A DNA stretch of 64,000 nucleotides from Flavobacteriales bacterium (lineage in GTDB: Bacteria > Bacteroidota > Bacteroidia > Flavobacteriales_F > PHOS-HE28): NCBI GenBank assembly GCA_023382455.1, contig JAHDVX010000005.1, positions 133,861-197,860 on the forward strand, read 5' to 3'. Below the pieces are notes generated by a model. It saw only the letters and a list, made by a program, of their open reading frames with translations. It had not been told where the DNA came from and ran no database searches. The translations under genes and the position numbers were made by a program. This document shows positions 19,138 to 28,270 of the stretch, piece after piece (position 1 is the stretch's first letter; each line of letters opens with the position of its first letter).

Positions 19138-21222
19138 TCAGTAGGCACCGCTGCGGCGGCGCAGCAGCCATTCCAGCGTGAGCAGGCCCAGCAGCAGGAA
19201 GAAGATCCAACGCAGCCCGATCAGGTCGCTGAAGCGGTTGTGGGAATAGGAGCGGGCCGCCAGCTCGGGCTTTGCCTGCAGGGCCTCCGCGATGCGGCCC
19301 ATGTCCGCCGGCGTGGTGGCGATGCCACCGGTGCGCGCGGCCATGTTGCGCCACAGCCCATGGTCGGCCACGGTGTTCAGGCGCTCGGCCACCAAGGGTT
19401 TCACCAGGAATTCACCCTTGGCCGTGAGCCGCTCCCCGTCCAACGTGGTGGCCGCGGACCACGTGTAGCGGCCTGCCGGGAGCATCCCGGCATCCAGGCG
19501 GTAGCCGGTGCCGGTGCGGCTAAAGGTGTAGGGCAGCTGGCGCCCCTCCTCGTTCACCAGGGTGATGGTGGCCTCCGGCGTGTTCACGGGCTCGTAGCTG
19601 GCGTTGTACAGCTCCGCGTCCAGCACGATGCGGTCACCTTGGCCGAACTCGCGCTCACCATGCACGCGGAAACGGCTCTTGTCCTCCTTGAGCGCCAAGA
19701 ATTGCACGGTCTTTTGCACCAGCTCGTCGAAATGGGCGGTGGTGTTGTTCTGCCGCATGTCGGCCAGGCGCCAGCGCCACAGGCCCTCGCCGCAGGTGAT
19801 GGCCGTGCGCCGCTCGGTCCGGGCCTGGAAGGCGAACAAGGGCTGGTCCGTCACCACCTGGCCGATGCGCTGCTCCAACAGGGCGGTGGCCGAACGGCCC
19901 AAGGAATAACGGCCGAAGGGCACCTGCAGCGGCGGGAAGCGTTCGATGGCCTTTCGGGTCCCTTCCTCCAGCACGAAGAGCGAAAATCCATCCGGCACCT
20001 TCGCCTGCACGTCCGAATAGCTGCCGCGCCCGGGCTCGATGGCCACGCCGTTGCCGAGTTCATCGGCTTGCCGCAGGTTGGTCTGCTGGCCCAGGATGGT
20101 CCAAGTGGGCGTGCCGCGCTTGGCAATCTGCTGGAACACCGGCTGAAGCGGGGCGTCCGTGGCGGGCAGCTGGTGGAGGATGATCAGGTCGTAGGCCTCT
20201 GCACGCCCCGCGAGGTCGGCCGCCAGGGCCACGTCCACCGCGTAGCCCTCCATGCCGGCCAGCGCCTGCCGGATGGCGGCCACGTCCGGATGTGGCGAAC
20301 GTGCGAGGATCAGCACCTTGCGCCGGTCGTCCAGCACGTCCACATAGATCTCGCGCCGGTTGTTCTCCACGCTGATCTCGCCATCCACCGTGCGCAGCAC
20401 CACCGTGAAGCGCTGCAGGCCCGAGGCCTCGGCCTTCACCATCAGGGGCACCTCGGCCATCAACGGGTCCTGCCCGATCACGAGGTCCTTGCCGGCCACC
20501 TCCTTGCCTGCATGCAGCACGCTCACGCGCGTTTTCCCGCCCTTCAAGTGGTCGGCCCGCAGCTTCACCAGCACCGGGAATTCATTGCCCAGGTAGGTGA
20601 TGCGGTTGTGTTCCACGTCGCGCAGCACAAGGTCGGGCCGCACGGTGGTATCGCCCAGCATGATGGCAAAGACCGGCACCCCCAGGCGTTCCGCCGCCAG
20701 GCGCGGGTCGCGGCCACGGTTGTAGATGCCGTCCCCGTCGATGATCACCGCTCCCAGGTCAGGTCCGGCGAAACGGTCGTACACCGTGCGGAAGAGTTCG
20801 TCAATGTCCGTCTCTTCCTCGTGCTGGCCGAAGTGCAGGCCGTCCGAAACGCCGTTGCCGTATGTGAAACTGCGCACCTCATAGCGGTCGCCCAGTGCAG
20901 CCGCCAGGTCGGTCAGTTGCGCCGGATAGCTTCCACGGAATGCCGTGCTGTCCCCGACCGCCAGCAGGGAGGAGGACCCATCGTGCGCCAGCACCACCAC
21001 GGGCTTGCGCACCTCGCGCACCAGTATGCGCACCATGGGTTCCAGCAGGAAGAAGGCCACCAGCGCGATCACCACTGCACGGCAGGTCCCCAGGAACCAT
21101 TGCAGCCCGGGGCTCCAGCCATGCTGCATGCGCGTGCCGCGGTACAACAGCCAGGCCGCCACAATGCCCAGCAGCGCGCACAACGGTGCCAGCCAAAGGG
21201 AATGCGCGGTGGTGAGGCTCAT
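19138..21222 (-). CDS. N-terminal double-TM (two-anchor, Bat-like) membrane protein with degenerate vWA-like region and C-terminal TM, 694 aa
   Basis: Two N-terminal TM helices, VVVLAHDGSSS, and a C-terminal TM (IFFLLLGLLTLEWLL). Function unknown. Confidence 0.55.
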   Translation of the reverse strand: MSLTTAHSLWLAPLCALLGIVAAWLLYRGTRMQHGWSPGLQWFLGTCRAVVIALVAFFLLEPMVRILVREVRKPVVVLAHDGSSSLLAVGDSTAFRGSYPAQLTDLAAALGDRYEVRSFTYGNGVSDGLHFGQHEEETDIDELFRTVYDRFAGPDLGAVIIDGDGIYNRGRDPRLAAERLGVPVFAIMLGDTTVRPDLVLRDVEHNRITYLGNEFPVLVKLRADHLKGGKTRVSVLHAGKEVAGKDLVIGQDPLMAEVPLMVKAEASGLQRFTVVLRTVDGEISVENNRREIYVDVLDDRRKVLILARSPHPDVAAIRQALAGMEGYAVDVALAADLAGRAEAYDLIILHQLPATDAPLQPVFQQIAKRGTPTWTILGQQTNLRQADELGNGVAIEPGRGSYSDVQAKVPDGFSLFVLEEGTRKAIERFPPLQVPFGRYSLGRSATALLEQRIGQVVTDQPLFAFQARTERRTAITCGEGLWRWRLADMRQNNTTAHFDELVQKTVQFLALKEDKSRFRVHGEREFGQGDRIVLDAELYNASYEPVNTPEATITLVNEEGRQLPYTFSRTGTGYRLDAGMLPAGRYTWSAATTLDGERLTAKGEFLVKPLVAERLNTVADHGLWRNMAARTGGIATTPADMGRIAEALQAKPELAARSYSHNRFSDLIGLRWIFFLLLGLLTLEWLLRRRSGAY

Positions 21223-21237
21223 GGGTTCAAGTTGCCG

Positions 21238-21352
21238 GTTGTCAGTTGTTAGTTGTTAGGGGGAGAATCGACAACGGACAACGGACAACCAACAACTAAC
21301 AACTGACAACTGAGAACTGAGAACGGACAACAGACAACGAACCACGGACAAC
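21238..21352. repeat. 20-bp inverted repeat (21238-21257 / 21291-21310) embedded in a 12-unit degenerate tandem heptamer array (NNACAAC / TGAGAAC, 21269-21352)
   Basis: Units are cgacaac ggacaac ggacaac caacaac taacaac tgacaac tgagaac tgagaac ggacaac agacaac gaaccac ggacaac. Three reverse-orientation units (gttgtca gttgtta gttgtta) lie upstream. The 7-nt period precludes coding. Confidence 0.8.
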
Positions 21353-21357
21353 CACCA

Positions 21358-22107
21358 TCACGTCAACATCCCCCCGCATACATGCAGGGTCTGCCCGGTG
21401 ACGTAGCCGCTGAGGTCGCTGGCGAGGAAGACGCAGGCATTGGCCACGTCCACGGGTGTGCCGCCGCGCTTCATGGGGATGGCCTCGCGCCAGCCTTGAA
21501 CGGTCTTTTCGTCCAAGGCTCCCGTCATCTCGGTTTCGATGAAGCCCGGCGCCACGGCATTGCAGCGGATGTTGCGGCTGCCCAGCTCCAGGGCGGTGCT
21601 CTTGGTGAAGCCGATCACGCCGGCCTTGCTGGCCGCGTAGTTGGCCTGGCCCGCGTTGCCTTTCACGCCCACCACGCTGCTCATGTTGACGATGCTGCCG
21701 CTGCGCTGCTTCAGCATGGTGCGCAGCACCGCCTTGGTCATGTTGAAAACGCTCTTGAGGTTGGTGGCGATCACCGCGTCGAAGTCGGCCTCGCTCATGC
21801 GCATCAGCAACTGGTCCTTGGTGATGCCCGCGTTGTTCACCAGGATGTCCAGCCCGCCGAAGGCCTCCACCACCTGGTCCACGGTGGCCTGTGCCGAATT
21901 GAAGTCCCCCGCGTTGCTTTGGATGGCCAGCACCTTGCGGCCATGCTTCGCGCCCAGTTCCTCGGCCAGGGCGTTCGCCTTTTCCGGGCTGCTCACGTAG
22001 GTGAACGCCACATCCGCGCCCTCTTCAAGGAAGCGCTCCACGATGCCTTTGCCGATGCCGCGCGTGCCGCCGGTGACCAGCGCCTTCTTGCCTTGTAACA
22101 GTGCCAT
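21358..22107 (-). CDS. fabG: 3-oxoacyl-ACP reductase
   Basis: KKALVTGGTRGIGKGI Rossmann motif, NNAG and YAASKAG SDR catalytic motifs. 249 aa. Confidence 0.9.
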   Translation of the reverse strand: MALLQGKKALVTGGTRGIGKGIVERFLEEGADVAFTYVSSPEKANALAEELGAKHGRKVLAIQSNAGDFNSAQATVDQVVEAFGGLDILVNNAGITKDQLLMRMSEADFDAVIATNLKSVFNMTKAVLRTMLKQRSGSIVNMSSVVGVKGNAGQANYAASKAGVIGFTKSTALELGSRNIRCNAVAPGFIETEMTGALDEKTVQGWREAIPMKRGGTPVDVANACVFLASDLSGYVTGQTLHVCGGMLT

Positions 22108-22217
22108 GCCTTGTTAGCGGTTGCTTGATATGGGGCGAAGGTAAACGGGGGGGAGTAATGGGGCGCCAGAATAGGAAAGTTGCGCAGTTGCGGCCTTCAT
22201 TGGACGCAGGCCACGCC

Positions 22218-22266
22218 CAACAACCGGGAACCAACAACTGAGAACCGACAACTGAGAACCGACAAC
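22218..22266. repeat. second degenerate heptamer array (7 units: caacaac cgggaac caacaac tgagaac cgacaac tgagaac cgacaac) immediately upstream of fabG
   Basis: Same unit family and orientation as the 21269-21352 array. The two arrays bracket fabG. Confidence 0.8.
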
Positions 22267-22277
22267 GACCCTTCAGG

Positions 22278-22346
22278 CCACCACCTCCTTCACCTTCGCC
22301 CCGATCGCCGCCGGGCTGTCCACCACGTGGATGCCGCATTCGCGCA
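22278..22346 (-). pseudogene. 69-bp perfect direct-repeat copy of the sucD 3' end (encodes ...[23 protein letters not shown]), a displaced gene-end fragment
   Basis: Identical to 23116-23184 inside the sucD 3' end. The track ORF 22273..22665 is chimeric: a SucD-identical C-terminus on an R/P-rich non-protein-like N-terminus. Confidence 0.75.
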
Positions 22347-22539
22347 AGAAGATCATCCGCGATGGACGATCTTGTGCCGGCATGTCAGCAGCGGAGCACC
22401 GGAAGGGAAGGCGGCCCAGTACAAAGGGCAAACATGAACGTGGCGCTGCGCGACGGATCCGGGATGCCGGGAAGGAGGCAGTGGATCGGAACCGGTGGCC
22501 GCCGCGCAAGCGCCCGATAGGTTGGAAGGGGCCATGGCC

Positions 22540-22547
22540 GTAACTTT
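22540..22547 (+). promoter_or_regulatory. TAACTTTG Bacteroidota -7 box (TAnnTTTG) a few nt upstream of the Sel1 ATG (leaderless or short-leader transcript)
   Basis: Perfect consensus match read directly in the sequence. Confidence 0.4.
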
Positions 22548-22555
22548 GGCATGCC

Positions 22556-23041
22556 ATGGCAAATCCTGGAAACGCATACCTGGCCCAGGCCAAACGGGCC
22601 GTGGTCCTGCACGGCCATGGCGAAGCCGCGTTCAGTCTGCTGGAGCGGTCGGCCGGGTTGGGCAACGCGGAGGCGATCTATGCCATAGGCACCTGGCACT
22701 TGTTCGGCACGCATGTGCGAAAGAATTTCCGCAAGGCTGCTGAATACCTTCAGCGGGCATCGGACCTCGGGCATGCTGCCGCCAGTTTCGACCTGGCCGT
22801 TTCGTATGAGAAGGGCAAAGGTGTGGAGCGCGATAAAGGCCACGCTTTCCGGCTGTACATGAAGGCAGCGCTGTTGGGGGACCGCCAGGCCAAGTACGAA
22901 GTGGGGCGCTGCTTTTACTGGGGCATCGGCACCGCCAAGGACCGGCAAGCCGCAGAGGTCTGGTACCAGGCTTATGGCCAGGAACCGCAGGCCAAGGCAG
23001 CGGCATCGCGGAAACCGCTGGCCCGCTTGCACGGACACTGA
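22556..23041 (+). CDS. Sel1-repeat (TPR-like) protein, 161 aa
   Basis: Three or four Sel1 repeats (AxYxxGxWHLFG..., FDLAVSYEKGKGVERD, KYEVGRCFYWGIGTAKD...AEVWYQ). Sits between the two 69-bp sucD-end repeats. Confidence 0.8.
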   Translation: MANPGNAYLAQAKRAVVLHGHGEAAFSLLERSAGLGNAEAIYAIGTWHLFGTHVRKNFRKAAEYLQRASDLGHAAASFDLAVSYEKGKGVERDKGHAFRLYMKAALLGDRQAKYEVGRCFYWGIGTAKDRQAAEVWYQAYGQEPQAKAAASRKPLARLHGH

Positions 23042-23110
23042 GGTCTTGGCATGGCGTAGTTGAACGCCCACCGGCGCACACGACGCTCCTTCGCCCTACG
23101 CCACTTCCAA

Positions 23111-23980
23111 CTAGCCCACCACCTCCTTCACCTTCGCCCCGATCGCCGCCGGGCTGTCCACCACGTGGATGCCGCATTCGCGCATCACCATCTTCTTGGC
23201 GGCCGCGCTTTCGTCGGCCCCGCTTACGATGGCGCCCGCGTGGCCCATGGTGCGGCCCGCGGGGGCGGTCTCACCGGCGATGAAGCCGACCACGGGCTTC
23301 TTGCAGTTCTCCTTGATCCATCGTGCGGCACGGATCTCCAGGTCGCCGCCGATCTCGCCGATCATCACGATGGCCTCGGTCTCCGGGTCATTGGCGAAGA
23401 GCTGGATGGCCTCCAGCGTGGTGGTGCCGATGATCGGATCGCCCCCGATGCCGATGGCCGTGGTGATGCCCATGCCGGCCTTCACCACTTGGTCCGCCGC
23501 CTCGTAGGTGAGCGTGCCGCTCTTGGAGACGATGCCCACCTTGCCCTTCTTGAAGACGAAGCCCGGCATGATGCCCACCTTGCATTCTTCCGCGGTGATC
23601 ACGCCGGGGCAGTTGGGCCCGATCAGCGTGCAGCCCTTGCCCTTGATGTACTCGCGGGCCGTCACCATGTCCTTCACGGGGATGCCCTCGGTGATGCACA
23701 CGATCACCTTGATGCCCGCCTCGGCGGCCTCCATGATGGCATCTGCCGCGAAGGCCGGCGGCACGAAGATGATGCTCACGTCCGCCCCGGTGGTCTTCAC
23801 CGCATCGCTTACCGTCTCGAACACGGGCCGGTCCAAATGCTTCTGCCCGCCCTTGCCCGGGGTGACGCCGCCCACCACGTTGGTGCCGTACTCGATCATC
23901 TGGGTGGCGTGGAAGGTGCCTTCGCTGCCGGTGAAGCCTTGTACAATGACCTTGCTCTGCTTGTTGACGAGTACGCTCAT
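23111..23980 (-). CDS. sucD: succinate--CoA ligase [ADP-forming] subunit alpha
   Basis: 289 aa. [25 protein letters not shown]-terminus and the conserved His-phosphorylation region GHAGAI. Confidence 0.95.
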   Translation of the reverse strand: MSVLVNKQSKVIVQGFTGSEGTFHATQMIEYGTNVVGGVTPGKGGQKHLDRPVFETVSDAVKTTGADVSIIFVPPAFAADAIMEAAEAGIKVIVCITEGIPVKDMVTAREYIKGKGCTLIGPNCPGVITAEECKVGIMPGFVFKKGKVGIVSKSGTLTYEAADQVVKAGMGITTAIGIGGDPIIGTTTLEAIQLFANDPETEAIVMIGEIGGDLEIRAARWIKENCKKPVVGFIAGETAPAGRTMGHAGAIVSGADESAAAKKMVMRECGIHVVDSPAAIGAKVKEVVG

Positions 23981-24030
23981 GGTTGTATTGCGGTGTTCAG
24001 GGCCGCGAAGGTAACGCCTGGTGAAAATGC

Positions 24031-25206
24031 CTATGCACGATCGGTTGGTGCCCGGCGAAGGTCGCGCACATAGTACAGCACCGCCAGCATGATGGCCCCG
24101 GCGGTGACGTAGGGCAGGGCATGGCCCATGGAATAGAGCCGGCCGCCCAGGGCCGGGCCCGCAATGCGCGCCAGGGAGCCGAAGCTCTGGTTGGTGCCCA
24201 GTACTTCGCCCTGCTCATGCTGCTCCGCATTTCGGCTCAGCAGGCTGAGAATGGTGGGGTTCAGGCAGCCGTTGCCCAGGGCGATCAGCGCGATGGAAAC
24301 CGCGCTCAACGGCACGAACCAGGCCAGGGGGATGAAGGGGATCATGCCCAGGCCCACCACCAGGCACAGGCTGCCGTACACCATCAGCCGGTGCTCGCCG
24401 AAGGTGTGCTGCAGCCAGCCGATCATGCCGCCCTGCACAATGGCCGAGGCCACGCCCACCGCGGCGAACATCAGGCCGATCTGCTTCTCGGTGAGGTGGT
24501 AGTCGTCGATCCACAGCAGGGCCACGGTCATCTGCATCATGCTGGAGGCGGTGATGAAGATGAAGCTGATGAGGTAGAGGTTGCGGAAACGCTGGTCCTT
24601 CAACGCGGCCCAGGCACCGCTCACGGGCTTCACACGCACCTTGCGCCCGGCATCCCGGTGGGCGAGGGATTCGGGCAGGAAGGCCCAGACCGCCCAGAGG
24701 TTCAGCAGGCACAGGGCGGCAGCGAGGTAGCCCACCCATTCCACCCCCGAATGCGCGAAGACGAAGCTACCCAACGGCGGCCCGAAGATGAAGCCCAGGC
24801 CGAAGGCCGCGCCGATGATGCCCATGGCCTTGGCCCGGCCTTCCGGCGGCGTGATGTCCGTGATGTAGGCCTGCGCCGCCGTGATGTTGCCCGATCCCAG
24901 GCCGGTGAGCATGCGGCTGGCCATCAGCAGGAACAGGGTGGAGGCATGGGCGAAGATCACGTAGCTCACGGCCGAGATGGCCACGGCGATCATGATCACC
25001 GGGCGCCGGCCGTAGCGGTCGCTCAGGCTGCCCCATACCGGCGTGGCGATGAACATCATCAGCGAGAACAGCGCGCCCAGGTCGCCCACCAATGCGTCGC
25101 TCGCATTCAGCTCCCGGGCGTAGACGGGGATCACGGGAATGAAGATCCCGAACCCCATCAGGTCGATGAAGATGGTGAGGAAGAGAATGAGCAGGCGCCG
25201 GTCCAT
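24031..25206 (-). CDS. MFS transporter (Tet/TCR-like efflux family)
   Basis: 12 TM pattern; [12 protein letters not shown] motif A. Confidence 0.85.
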   Translation of the reverse strand: MDRRLLILFLTIFIDLMGFGIFIPVIPVYARELNASDALVGDLGALFSLMMFIATPVWGSLSDRYGRRPVIMIAVAISAVSYVIFAHASTLFLLMASRMLTGLGSGNITAAQAYITDITPPEGRAKAMGIIGAAFGLGFIFGPPLGSFVFAHSGVEWVGYLAAALCLLNLWAVWAFLPESLAHRDAGRKVRVKPVSGAWAALKDQRFRNLYLISFIFITASSMMQMTVALLWIDDYHLTEKQIGLMFAAVGVASAIVQGGMIGWLQHTFGEHRLMVYGSLCLVVGLGMIPFIPLAWFVPLSAVSIALIALGNGCLNPTILSLLSRNAEQHEQGEVLGTNQSFGSLARIAGPALGGRLYSMGHALPYVTAGAIMLAVLYYVRDLRRAPTDRA

Positions 25207-25276
25207 GGAAAAAGGGGCGCGAATCTACTCCATGGACCGCCCTGCTTGGTCGTGCCGTGCAGCCCGGTGGCCGGCG

Positions 25277-26626
25277 TCAGGCATGAACCGCCTTCGGGCG
25301 GGGCCCGCCGTCCTCCTGCGGGCCTTGCACCACGTATTCCTTCCGCACGTACGGCCGGATGATCAGCCGGATGGTATTGCGCCAGCTCAGGTATTTCCAC
25401 GCCCAATGGGTAAGCACCATGATGCGGCTGCGGAAGCCCACGATGCTCATCAGGTGCACGAAGAGCCACAGGAACCAGGCGATGGGGCCGCCGAACCGGA
25501 GCTTGCCGAAGTCCACCACGGCCTTGTACCGCCCGATGGTGGCCATGGAACCCTTGTCGCGATAAGCGAAGGGTTGCCATTGGGCCCGGTCTTTCCGGAG
25601 CAGGTTCTTCGCCAGGTGCCGGGCCTGCTGGATGGCCACCGGTGCCACTTGCGGGTGCCCCTTGGCCCATTTCGGGTCGGAGCGGTCCAGGGCGATATCG
25701 CCGATGGCATAGATGTTCGCCTTGCCCTCCACCCGGTTGAAGGCGTCCACGCGGTAGCGCGCCGGGCGCTCCTCCACGGCGCTTTCAAGGCCCGGGATCG
25801 GACGGCCCTTCACGCCCGCGGTCCAGATCACCGTGCTGCTGTCCATGGTGCTTCCGTCCTTGAAGGTGACCCGCTTACCGTCGTAGCCGGTGACGAGTGC
25901 GCCCAGCTTCACGTTCACGCCCAGCTGCTCCAGGAATTTCCGCGCCAGCTGCTGCGCCTTCGGCGAGAAATTGCCCAGCACGGCGTCGCCGCTATCCACC
26001 AAATGGATCTGCATCCGCCGGTTGTCCACCTCGCGGAATTCATGCTTCAGGATGGTCTTGCGGATCTCGGCCAAGGCCCCGGCCAATTCCACACCGCTGG
26101 GCCCGCCGCCCACCACCACGAAGTTCAGCCGTTGGCGCTGCTCTTTCTCATCGTCCAGGTAAAGCGCCGCCTCGAATTCCTGCAGGAAGTCGCTGCGGAT
26201 GTCCAGCGCCTGGTTGATGCTCTTGAGCTGCATGGCCTCGTGGGCGATGCGCTGGTTGCCGAAGAAGTTGGTCTCCGTGCCCGTGGCCAGCACCAGGTGG
26301 TCGTAGCGGAAGTTCCCGTGGTCGGTCTCCACCCGGTTTTCCGCGGGATTGATCCGCAGCACCTCCGCCATGCGGTACATCACGTTGGGCATGGGGCCCA
26401 CGCTGCGCCGGAAAGGGTAGGCGATGTTGTCCGCACCCAGGCTGCCGGTGGCCACCTGGTACAGCAGCGGCTGGAAACAGTGGTAGTTGTTCTTGTCCAG
26501 CAGGATCACCTTGAATGGTTTTCCAGAAAGCCGGTGGATCATCTCCAGCCCGGCGAACCCACCGCCCACCACCACCACCACCGGGTGGTCCAGGGCATCG
26601 AATGCGGCACGCTCAGGTGTTTTCAT
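25277..26626 (-). CDS. ndh: type II NADH dehydrogenase (NDH-2)
   Basis: VVVVGGGFAG and VVVGGGPSGVE dinucleotide-binding motifs, ~450 aa. The upstream part of the track ORF is non-coding-like. Confidence 0.85.
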   Translation of the reverse strand: MKTPERAAFDALDHPVVVVVGGGFAGLEMIHRLSGKPFKVILLDKNNYHCFQPLLYQVATGSLGADNIAYPFRRSVGPMPNVMYRMAEVLRINPAENRVETDHGNFRYDHLVLATGTETNFFGNQRIAHEAMQLKSINQALDIRSDFLQEFEAALYLDDEKEQRQRLNFVVVGGGPSGVELAGALAEIRKTILKHEFREVDNRRMQIHLVDSGDAVLGNFSPKAQQLARKFLEQLGVNVKLGALVTGYDGKRVTFKDGSTMDSSTVIWTAGVKGRPIPGLESAVEERPARYRVDAFNRVEGKANIYAIGDIALDRSDPKWAKGHPQVAPVAIQQARHLAKNLLRKDRAQWQPFAYRDKGSMATIGRYKAVVDFGKLRFGGPIAWFLWLFVHLMSIVGFRSRIMVLTHWAWKYLSWRNTIRLIIRPYVRKEYVVQGPQEDGGPRPKAVHA

Positions 26627-26817
26627 GGCTTGCAAAGGTTTCCGCCATGCGCGGTGGCCGGCATGAGGCACATCAGCTCCGTGGAATGTTGCATATCCGT
26701 GATGTTCATGCGCATGGCCGGTCCAAGCAAAGATCGTGCGGTTGGCCGTTCCTCGCCGGGGAGCCCCGTGGCATGGGGAATGAGCGGGCATGGCCGCGCC
26801 GTGCCCACCTTTGTGCC

Positions 26818-28179
26818 ATGTTCCAAGGCGATACCATTGCGGCTGCGGGCACGGCTGCGGGCACGGGGGCCATCGCCGTGCTGCGCATCAGCGGGCCGGA
26901 CACGCAGCGGATCATGCATGCGGTGGCGCCCACGATGCTGCTGACGCCCGAACCGCGCCACGCGGTGTTCGTCCGCTTCCGCGATGCGGAAGGGCCGGTG
27001 GACGAAGGCCTGCTCACCTGGTTCAAGGCGCCGCACAGCTACACGGGGGAGGATGTGGCGGAGTTCAGTGTGCACGGGTCGCCATACATCCGGCAGCGCA
27101 TGCTGGAAGCCTTGGTGAACGCGGGTGCGCGCCTGGCCCGGCCCGGCGAGTTCACCCAGCGCGCCTTCCTCAACCGCAAGTTGGACCTCAGCCAGGCCGA
27201 GGCGGTGGCCGACCTGGTGGCGAGCGAAAGCAAGGCCGCGCACAAGTTGGCCCTGCAGCAGCTGCGCGGCGGGTACAGCCAGCAGATCGACCACCTGCGC
27301 GAGCAGTTGATCAGCCTCAGCGCCCTCGTGGAGCTGGAGCTGGATTTCGGGGAGGAGGATGTGCAGTTCGCCGACCGCACCGAGCTGGTGACGCTGCTGG
27401 ACGGCATCGTGGCCGTGTGCGACCGGCTGATCGGCAGCTTCCGCTACGGCAATGCCGTGAAGCAGGGCATTCCCGTGGCCATCGTGGGGGCGCCCAACAG
27501 CGGCAAGAGCACCCTGCTGAACGCGTTGCTGCAGGAGGACCGCGCCATCGTGAGCGATGTGCCCGGCACCACGCGCGACACGGTGGAGGAAGCGATCACG
27601 CTGGAGGGTGTGCTCTTCCGCTTCATCGACACGGCGGGCTTGCGCCACACGGGCGATGTGGTGGAGCGCCTGGGCATCGAGCGGAGCTACCGGAAGGCCG
27701 CCGAGGCCAGCATCGTGGTGTTCCTGGGCGATGCCGCCTCGCTGAACGAGGACGCATTCCTGACCCAGGCCGACATGCTGCGGAAAAGGATCGGCGGGGA
27801 GCCGGTGATCATCCCCGTGCTGAACAAGTGCGATCTGCCCGGAACCGGCCATGCCAAGCCGGGAAGCACGGTGCTGCGCATCTCGGCGCGGCATGATCAG
27901 GGGCTGGAGGCACTGAAGGAGCGGTTCATCGCCCTGGTGCATGCCATGCAGGGGGGCGAGGGCGACGTGGTGGTCACCAATGCCCGGCACGTGGAGGCGC
28001 TGACCAAGGCCCGCTTGGCCCTGCTGGCCGCCAAGAAGGGCGTGGAGGAGGAGCTGAGCGGCGAATTGCTCGCCACCGACCTGCGGCAGGCGCAGTATCA
28101 CCTGGGCGAGATCACCGGCAAGATCACCCCGGATGACCTGTTGGGCAGCATCTTCTCGCGGTTCTGCATCGGGAAATAG
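26818..28179 (+). CDS. mnmE: tRNA modification GTPase MnmE (TrmE)
   Basis: N-terminus MFQGDTIAAAGTAAGTGAIAVLRISG; G-domain GAPNSGKSTLLN, DTAGLR; C-terminal CIGK. Confidence 0.9.
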   Translation: MFQGDTIAAAGTAAGTGAIAVLRISGPDTQRIMHAVAPTMLLTPEPRHAVFVRFRDAEGPVDEGLLTWFKAPHSYTGEDVAEFSVHGSPYIRQRMLEALVNAGARLARPGEFTQRAFLNRKLDLSQAEAVADLVASESKAAHKLALQQLRGGYSQQIDHLREQLISLSALVELELDFGEEDVQFADRTELVTLLDGIVAVCDRLIGSFRYGNAVKQGIPVAIVGAPNSGKSTLLNALLQEDRAIVSDVPGTTRDTVEEAITLEGVLFRFIDTAGLRHTGDVVERLGIERSYRKAAEASIVVFLGDAASLNEDAFLTQADMLRKRIGGEPVIIPVLNKCDLPGTGHAKPGSTVLRISARHDQGLEALKERFIALVHAMQGGEGDVVVTNARHVEALTKARLALLAAKKGVEEELSGELLATDLRQAQYHLGEITGKITPDDLLGSIFSRFCIGK

Positions 28180-28270
28180 CCGGAGCGGCAGATGTGCCTT
28201 GCTGCTGAAGGAGCAGGGCTGGCGGGGTTATCCATATAAACTTGAATAACGCCGTACGGGAAGGATGACC

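Noticed and set aside
21215-21235. tRNA-like T-loop motif (gggttcaagtt)
   Set aside because: It is only a partial GGTTCAAGT match. There is no acceptor or anticodon stem context, and it lies in the 5' leader of a protein gene.
21269-21352. Tandem repeat array considered as a CRISPR array
   Set aside because: The unit length is 7 nt with no spacers and no nearby cas genes. It is not CRISPR.
22273-22665. 130-aa ORF ending in a SucD-identical C-terminus
   Set aside because: Only the last 23 codons are protein-like. They are the displaced copy of the sucD 3' end. The N-terminal 100 aa are R/P/S-rich non-coding read-through, so this is a pseudo-ORF and not a gene.
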